Assembly: GCA_934085675.1 (NCBI GenBank)
Contig: CAKOHH010000001.1
Location: 6,115-70,114, forward strand
DNA from: an uncultured Bacilli bacterium
GTDB taxonomy: Bacteria; Bacillota_I; Bacilli_A; RF39; UBA660
Direction of reading: 5' to 3'
Length of the DNA stretch: 64,000 nt
In this document: one piece after another, positions 58,653-64,000 of the stretch
Numbering within the stretch: position 1 is the stretch's first letter
How the letters are laid out: each line of letters starts with the position of its first letter
Position numbers and translations under genes: made by a program
The notes under the pieces: model-generated
What the model was told of the DNA's origin: nothing
What the model saw: only the letters and a program-made list of their open reading frames with translations
Database searches by the model: none

Positions 58653-59165
58653 ATGAAATATAACAAAAATAATAAAATATATCCTATTATATGTAGTTCA
58701 TATGCAAACTTAGATATGACGCTTGATATATGGATAAAATTTACAAGTCATTTAAAACCAGAGGAAAAAGAAATTTTAGAAAAGATTAATTCAAAGTCAA
58801 TTGGAACTATTAACTCTATAGATTTTGAACAATACTTACAAATTAAAAAACGTCTTTGGAAAGCATGTTTATTTAAGAAATACCAAAACAAAGAATGTTC
58901 AAAGGAAGAAATACATGAGGTCATCTCTTTCATGCATTCTCCTTTAGAAGATTTTATGATAGAAAGATTAACTGAAAGTGAAAAACAAGAAGCTGATTTT
59001 TATCTTTCCCAAATGAATACATTAGAAGAATTGAAAGAATATCAAGAAAAAAAACAAAAAGATTATATTAATTTAAGTGTTAGTGAGGCTTATGTTTTAT
59101 TTAAAGTAAAAGAAAAAATTTATGATTTAGAACAAGATTTTTATCAAAAAAGGCAATCGCGATAA
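58653..59165 (+). CDS. Hypothetical protein (170 aa), divergent from the 708-aa gene
   Basis: ORF with downstream palindromic terminator; no recognisable motif. Confidence 0.5.
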   Translation: MKYNKNNKIYPIICSSYANLDMTLDIWIKFTSHLKPEEKEILEKINSKSIGTINSIDFEQYLQIKKRLWKACLFKKYQNKECSKEEIHEVISFMHSPLEDFMIERLTESEKQEADFYLSQMNTLEELKEYQEKKQKDYINLSVSEAYVLFKVKEKIYDLEQDFYQKRQSR

Positions 59166-59184
59166 CTACGAAAAAGGATATGAA

Positions 59185-59212
59185 TTCATATCCTCTTTTT
59201 TATGTTTTAAAT
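59185..59212. terminator. Bidirectional terminator (perfect palindrome around GAATTC) between 170-aa gene (+) and sortase (-)
   Basis: AAAAAGGATATGAATTCATATCCTCTTTTTT. Confidence 0.55.
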
Positions 59213-59227
59213 AAAAAGTTATCATCT

Positions 59228-59923
59228 TTAAAGAGAATAACTTTTTACCTCTTTCATTAAAATAAGTAAATAATCTCCCACTGCTTTATCATAGTTGCAT
59301 GTTTGTAAAACAAGTATTTTATCAGTAGCCTTCACCCCTACTTTCGTATCATATAAAGCATGTTCTTTCATCTTTTCTAAATGATGTAAAAATTCTGTTT
59401 GTGAAGAAAAAGTAAGCCTCATATGTTCATTATTATCTTTATTAACCCCTATAACACTAAAAATCAAGTATTCTGACTTTCTTTTTCTTGTTTCTAAGAA
59501 AAACTTTGGATATTCTTTGTAAAAAGCATAAGACGTGTAGTTAATTAAAGGGGCAAAAACACCCGTATGGTCTTTAAAATGATGTCCATAAATATTTAAT
59601 TGATAACTTTCATCTATTTTATTACGATAATCTAAGAATGCTTGTCCCTCTTTTGTTTCCTTATCATACAAATCATGTTTTAAATAATAGCTATTATTCG
59701 TACTTTGCGTTATCAATGTATCTATTCCAATTAAAGAAGTTAAATGAGCAACAACTTTTTCATTATTAAAAATATCTTTTTGAAAAGTATCATCTGTAGC
59801 AATTTCCAAATTTTCATTTTCCTTTGTTTTTTCTTTCTGATAACTATAAATTGCCTCTGGTTTAATAAAATAAAGTAGAAAAAGACTAATAACTACTAAT
59901 ATTAGTTCTAATATTTTTTGCAT
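59228..59923 (-). CDS. srtB: Class B sortase
   Basis: N-terminal TM anchor, His in NIYGHH, catalytic Cys in LVLQTCNYD (TLxTC-like), 231 aa; immediately downstream of an IPPTG-protein. Confidence 0.8.
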   Translation of the reverse strand: MQKILELILVVISLFLLYFIKPEAIYSYQKEKTKENENLEIATDDTFQKDIFNNEKVVAHLTSLIGIDTLITQSTNNSYYLKHDLYDKETKEGQAFLDYRNKIDESYQLNIYGHHFKDHTGVFAPLINYTSYAFYKEYPKFFLETRKRKSEYLIFSVIGVNKDNNEHMRLTFSSQTEFLHHLEKMKEHALYDTKVGVKATDKILVLQTCNYDKAVGDYLLILMKEVKSYSL

Positions 59924-61674
59924 ATTCTTTTCTTTAATATAAAAATAACCAAAGAAATTAAAATTAAAACAGGATAAGATAGTTTAAAGTTCTCTCCAGT
60001 TGGGGGAATTTGTTCTTCAAAAACAGCTGAAACTTTTTTATAAACGTATATGACCGTGATATCTTCTTTTTGATAAACGCCTTTACTATTTAAAGGAATA
60101 CCAACAAGTTCGTAGTTTAAAATTTCTTTACTTTCAGTTTCATAGTTATCATCTAATGAACCTGTCATTTCAATCGAACTTAATAGTTCATTTCCTTCTT
60201 CATCAACATATTTTACAATAACTTTACCAAGTAAATTATGGGCTGCTTTTAAAGAAATATTCTCTCTTGTTTCTAAAGCCTTATCATATTTTTGAACAAA
60301 ATAATTTTCTTCATCATGAACATTATATCTTTTTTCTTCCGTATCTAAATACCAATCATCAATCAAATGATCACAGTCATCTAAGTTCCAATTTATAGAT
60401 GTTTTAGAAAAGTTAAATAATGCGTCTGTTACATTATAAATATCATCCCCAGCTTTACCAGCGTGATTATTATATAAAGCACTATTAATAGCGTTAACAA
60501 TACCTTTATTATAAATACCACCACCATAAGTAGAAGCATGATTATTTTGAATAACAGCTTTATTTGGTAAAGTAAGTGTTCCGGCGTTAAAGATACCTGC
60601 GCCATTTGACTTATCTTTGTTTTCTGTAATTTCTAAAAAAACATCAGAATCAAATTTAAATTGACCATAATTTTCTAAGGCATTACTCTTATTACCTTTT
60701 AAAGTTACTTTGGCACCACTAGCAATATTACCAACACTTTTATTTAGGTTACCAGAAGTTCCAAGGCGCAGACCACCGCCGATAAAACCATAGCCATTTT
60801 CATTAGAAATAATAGTTGATGAATCATCTACCGTGATTTCATTTGTGGAAGTAATACCATAATAGGCATTGTTGGTTGCATTAATAACAGAATTATTAGA
60901 AACCTTTAAAATACCCGTTGATAAGCCATGGCCAGCATTATTCAAAAAATTAATCTTAGAATTCTTAGCTTCAAAAAGGCCACCATTAGAGGCATTAGCA
61001 GTACAATTTTGCACCGTAAAATTAGAATTTTCCACATAAACCGTTGGACTATTAACATAACCACGATTTGCCCCATCAATTAAAAAACTAGAATTATTTT
61101 TAACAAATATACCTGAACCTGCTGTCATATCAAGTTGAATACCTTGACCAGTTTTACCTAAAGTATTAAGGCCTTCTATTTTGAAATTAGCATTATTGAT
61201 AACATTAATTGTTGCTTTATTATCAGCATAAATAGCGTTTCTAACTCCTTTATTACTATCATAAGAAAATGTAATACTACCTTTATTTGTCGCGGTTAAA
61301 TTACCTCCTAAAACCATACTTGCCCAAGTAGGCGCTTCGCCATTATCTGCTTTTTGCATTTTTTCTTTCGAGTTAATAACTAAATGACTACCATCCAAAG
61401 TTAAATCACTTTTATAACGCCAACCATAAACATTGTAAGTAATTGTAAAATTCCCTTTAAATGTTAAACTTTTATAAAATGTTTTGGTCGGATTTACATC
61501 ACTTAAAAGAGTAATAGTGTCCTTATCTTGAGCACTTAAAATAGCCTCATCAATATCTTCATATTTTACTTCTTTACCATCTTTCACTAAAGATGCAACT
61601 TCTAAAGCCTCCACCTTACCTAAAAACATAAATAAACTAACTACTAAAATTATAAAATAACCTTTCCTTTTCAT
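59908..61674 (-). CDS. Sortase-anchored surface protein with Gly/Asn-rich parallel beta-helix-like repeats
   Basis: Signal peptide; repeated GxGI(F/Y)N / NNxAxxGG segments (Pmp/pectate-lyase-like); C-terminal sorting signal IPPTGE + hydrophobic TM + KKRICKKY tail. Confidence 0.75.
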   Translation of the reverse strand: MKRKGYFIILVVSLFMFLGKVEALEVASLVKDGKEVKYEDIDEAILSAQDKDTITLLSDVNPTKTFYKSLTFKGNFTITYNVYGWRYKSDLTLDGSHLVINSKEKMQKADNGEAPTWASMVLGGNLTATNKGSITFSYDSNKGVRNAIYADNKATINVINNANFKIEGLNTLGKTGQGIQLDMTAGSGIFVKNNSSFLIDGANRGYVNSPTVYVENSNFTVQNCTANASNGGLFEAKNSKINFLNNAGHGLSTGILKVSNNSVINATNNAYYGITSTNEITVDDSSTIISNENGYGFIGGGLRLGTSGNLNKSVGNIASGAKVTLKGNKSNALENYGQFKFDSDVFLEITENKDKSNGAGIFNAGTLTLPNKAVIQNNHASTYGGGIYNKGIVNAINSALYNNHAGKAGDDIYNVTDALFNFSKTSINWNLDDCDHLIDDWYLDTEEKRYNVHDEENYFVQKYDKALETRENISLKAAHNLLGKVIVKYVDEEGNELLSSIEMTGSLDDNYETESKEILNYELVGIPLNSKGVYQKEDITVIYVYKKVSAVFEEQIPPTGENFKLSYPVLILISLVIFILKKRICKKY

Positions 61675-61740
61675 CTTTTCCTCCGTAAAATATATTTTTT
61701 ACTTCTTAAAAATCTTAAGGGTTAAAAACTTATTCAGTTT

Positions 61741-62370
61741 TTAACGTACTTCATAATACTGCCGTAGTTTTTTTAAGCTCTTTTGTTCATATCTAGAAAT
61801 CATTACTTGACTCATACGCATTTTTTTGGCCGTTTCACTTTGCGTTAAATCATTAAAATAACGATACTTAATAATTTTCTGTTCTTCTTCTTCTAAAGAT
61901 TCTATTCCCTCTTCAAGGGTCAGTTTTTCTTCTAGGGAAATGCTTTCTTTACTCGGAATGGTCTCATAAAGTTCTCTTGCTTCCTTGGTGTTATCATCAA
62001 GACTAGTCATTTCTCTTGTTACATATAAAACTTCTGCAATTTGAGTTAAAGGAATCTCTAAATATTGGGAAAGTTCTTCGTAATTAGGAATTTTTCCTAG
62101 TTTTAAACTAAGAGCATTTCTGGCGTGTTCAATTTGTTTTGCTAATTTTAAAATGTCTTTTGTTACTTTAATCTTACGATTTTTCATAACAAGTTCATAC
62201 ATTTCTCCAAAAATATAATCATAAGCATACGAGGAAAACTTCACATTGTTATTTTGACGATAGTTTTTATAGGCTTTTAAAACCCCTATCGCTCCAGCTT
62301 GCATTAAATCTTCAAACGGAACTTCATAGAACTTAGCTGCGATGTGTTTGATTAAAGGAGATAACTCCAA
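61741..62370 (-). CDS. Sigma-70 family sigma factor, SigF/SigG/SigB-like (group 3), N-terminally short
   Basis: 209 aa; regions 2.2-2.4 (FEDLMQAGAIGVLKAYKNY...KFSSYAYDYIFGEM), region 3, region 4 HTH (LTQSETAKKMRMSQVMISRYEQKSLKKLR); TTG start, frame closed 7 codons upstream. Confidence 0.8.
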   Translation of the reverse strand: MELSPLIKHIAAKFYEVPFEDLMQAGAIGVLKAYKNYRQNNNVKFSSYAYDYIFGEMYELVMKNRKIKVTKDILKLAKQIEHARNALSLKLGKIPNYEELSQYLEIPLTQIAEVLYVTREMTSLDDNTKEARELYETIPSKESISLEEKLTLEEGIESLEEEEQKIIKYRYFNDLTQSETAKKMRMSQVMISRYEQKSLKKLRQYYEVR

Positions 62371-62400
62371 AATAAGCGAAGCTGTGTTTATTTAAATCAC

Positions 62401-62706
62401 TCACTTTCCATTTTGTATGCGCATACGATATCCCATTAAACTTTCTTTAATATCATTTTTTACATTGCAAAGCAGAAATTTTCCTTGTTGTTTTTTCAAA
62501 ATAATTTTTGTTTTTAAAAGAACATACCTCCCTTCACTATCAACCTTCTTTAAATCTCGGCAATCTAAAATAAAAGAAGAAATGTTGTTTTTTTGCAAAT
62601 AAGGAATTACATAATGGTTAATCTTATATGTTTCTTTCTTAGTTAAATTGCCTTTTATCTTCGCGTACAAAGTATGTCCTTCTAAGCTTAAATTTAAAAT
62701 TAGCAT
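62401..62706 (-). CDS. STAS-domain anti-sigma-factor antagonist (SpoIIAA/RsbV-like)
   Basis: 101 aa; FILDCRDLKKVDSEG matches SpoIIAA phosphoserine region (DSSG), GKFLLCNV C-terminal motif; RBS AGGGTGA. Confidence 0.75.
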   Translation of the reverse strand: MLILNLSLEGHTLYAKIKGNLTKKETYKINHYVIPYLQKNNISSFILDCRDLKKVDSEGRYVLLKTKIILKKQQGKFLLCNVKNDIKESLMGYRMRIQNGK

Positions 62707-62787
62707 TCTATCACCCTCGCCTATTTTAATATAGAAGATTTTTTAAATATTTTAAAGAAGTTCGACAAGATAAGCTAAAAAAAATAA

Positions 62788-64000
62788 CTAGTTAGAGCCA
62801 GTTATTTCATCAATTTTTTGAATAGCCTCGGAAATACTACTTGAAGAAGGCATCATAACATAAGAATATAAATCAGGCATAGAAAGAGTCTTTTGATAAT
62901 CATCGACACCTGCTAAGACATTTGTTTTAATTTCCCAACTAGGCATATTATCAAGTTGCCACTCCATAAAGCTTTTGATGGAATCTAAAGACATATTCGT
63001 TGTGAAATTTCCCTCGATACTGCCAATAATTTCGGGATATTTTATCAAAATCGTTGGGGAAGTTACTTTGTTTACAATACCCTTAATAACTTGTTGTTGA
63101 TGTCGAGCACGAGCCACATCACCTTCTCTTAAATTATATCTTTCTCTAACATAAGCAAGAGCTTGTTTACCATTTAAGTCTATTTCGCCTTTTTTAAACA
63201 CATAATAAATGTGTTCGTCTTCTTCTTCGTAATCAGCCGTGAATAAAAAGGGATTATCAACCGTAATGCCACCTATAGCGTCAACAATTTTAATAAGGGA
63301 AGTAAAATTTAAACGAACATAATAATTGATATCTGTTTCTAAAAGATTTTCAATCGTTTTAACCGTTGTTTCGACACCTTTTAAGCCCGTATGTGTTAGT
63401 TTGTCTTTTAAATCATTTTCACTTCCATAAACGCTTACATAATAATCTCTTGGAATACTTGTTAAAAGAACTTGATGGGTTTTAGGATTAACCGTCACCA
63501 CCATATTAACATCACTTCTACTTACACTTGAAAGTTTCCCGTAGGTATCAATGCCTGTAATATAAACACTAAAAGGTTCTTTAGTAATTTCTACTTCTTT
63601 GGCAATATTTTCTTTTTCATAATTTACTTCTAAAACTTCAATAATCCGAACATCATCACTTAAAGAAGAATTCATTTCTTTATAGAGATTAAATTCTTCT
63701 TTTTCCATAAGAATTGCTTCTGTATAACCTTTTTTTAGTCGTTCTATTAAAGAAGTTGTATTACTAATAGGTCTATCTTTTAAAGTTACCTTTTTTGAAA
63801 GTGTTTGAAAGGCTTTTTGGGCTCCTTTCTTACTTTCTAAATAATCTATTTCTTTAGAAGAAAGATCATCTAAGCTTTCATAATTACTTTCTTTTAAAAC
63901 TAAGACATAGTAAGTTTCAGTTTGAATATTCAAAAAAGAAATATTTTTCAAAAAGTTTTCTGTCACACTTTGATAATAAAGGATAAAACTAAAGGATAAA
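62788..64000 (-). CDS. LytR-CpsA-Psr (LCP) family cell-wall glycopolymer transferase (5' end probably beyond window)
   Basis: LTSIPRDYYV, DKLTHTG, VRERYNLREGDVARARHQQQV motifs; no N-terminal TM within the 392 aa seen, ORF open to window edge. Confidence 0.8.
   Translation of the reverse strand, partial: LSFSFILYYQSVTENFLKNISFLNIQTETYYVLVLKESNYESLDDLSSKEIDYLESKKGAQKAFQTLSKKVTLKDRPISNTTSLIERLKKGYTEAILMEKEEFNLYKEMNSSLSDDVRIIEVLEVNYEKENIAKEVEITKEPFSVYITGIDTYGKLSSVSRSDVNMVVTVNPKTHQVLLTSIPRDYYVSVYGSENDLKDKLTHTGLKGVETTVKTIENLLETDINYYVRLNFTSLIKIVDAIGGITVDNPFLFTADYEEEDEHIYYVFKKGEIDLNGKQALAYVRERYNLREGDVARARHQQQVIKGIVNKVTSPTILIKYPEIIGSIEGNFTTNMSLDSIKSFMEWQLDNMPSWEIKTNVLAGVDDYQKTLSMPDLYSYVMMPSSSSISEAIQKIDEITGSN

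Noticed and set aside
62417-62602. 61-aa plus-strand ORF inside the STAS gene
   Set aside because: Antisense to a well-supported STAS-domain ORF; no RBS.
1-64000. CRISPR arrays, IS elements/transposases, rRNA genes
   Set aside because: No regularly spaced direct repeats, no transposase-like ORFs or terminal inverted repeats, and no rRNA-like sequence seen.

Overview
The window is 64 kb from a very AT-rich, low-GC Firmicutes-type chromosome. Standard genetic code is used; TTG and GTG starts occur; the gene content suggests a sporulating Erysipelotrichia- or Clostridia-like lineage. About 40 kb is housekeeping and is densely packed with recognisable genes. These include a partial topA 3' end, pflB-pflA, and valS and asnS, each behind a T-box leader. 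A ybfM-like/pssA/psd phospholipid operon ends in a ComGC-like pilin gene, and murT-gatD (lipid II amidation) is also present. Further genes are gatCAB, rarA-gpsA, two XerC/D-family recombinases, zupT, mnmA, a SpoIVB-like S55 peptidase, proS and a nusB-X-xseA-xseB operon. The remainder comprises mutS, htpG, obg, an FtsW/SpoVE-family gene, def, rnc-smc, yidD, and tRNA-Arg(CCT)+tRNA-Leu(GAG). Sigma-A-type promoters, intrinsic terminators and two T-box leaders were called by eye. The strongest candidate for an undescribed system is an unusually AT-rich block immediately downstream of the tRNA pair (about 55.6-62.7 kb). This block holds a tightly coupled 690/708-aa + 217-aa operon with no recognisable domains and a divergent 170-aa gene. 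It also holds a class-B sortase with an IPPTG-anchored beta-helix surface protein, and a SigF/SigB-like sigma factor paired only with a STAS anti-anti-sigma protein (no anti-sigma kinase). Other candidates are:
- a HipA-family kinase-like gene wedged into the nusB-xseAB operon where folD normally sits, with a second kinase-fold gene divergent from it;
- an orphan PilC/PilD module followed by two paralogous membrane-anchored proteins;
- a structured, terminator-ending leader (riboswitch-like, class unassigned) upstream of a ThiF/TcdA-family gene;
- a GatD homologue that appears to lack the catalytic cysteine.
All coordinates derived by eye may be off by 1-2 nt.
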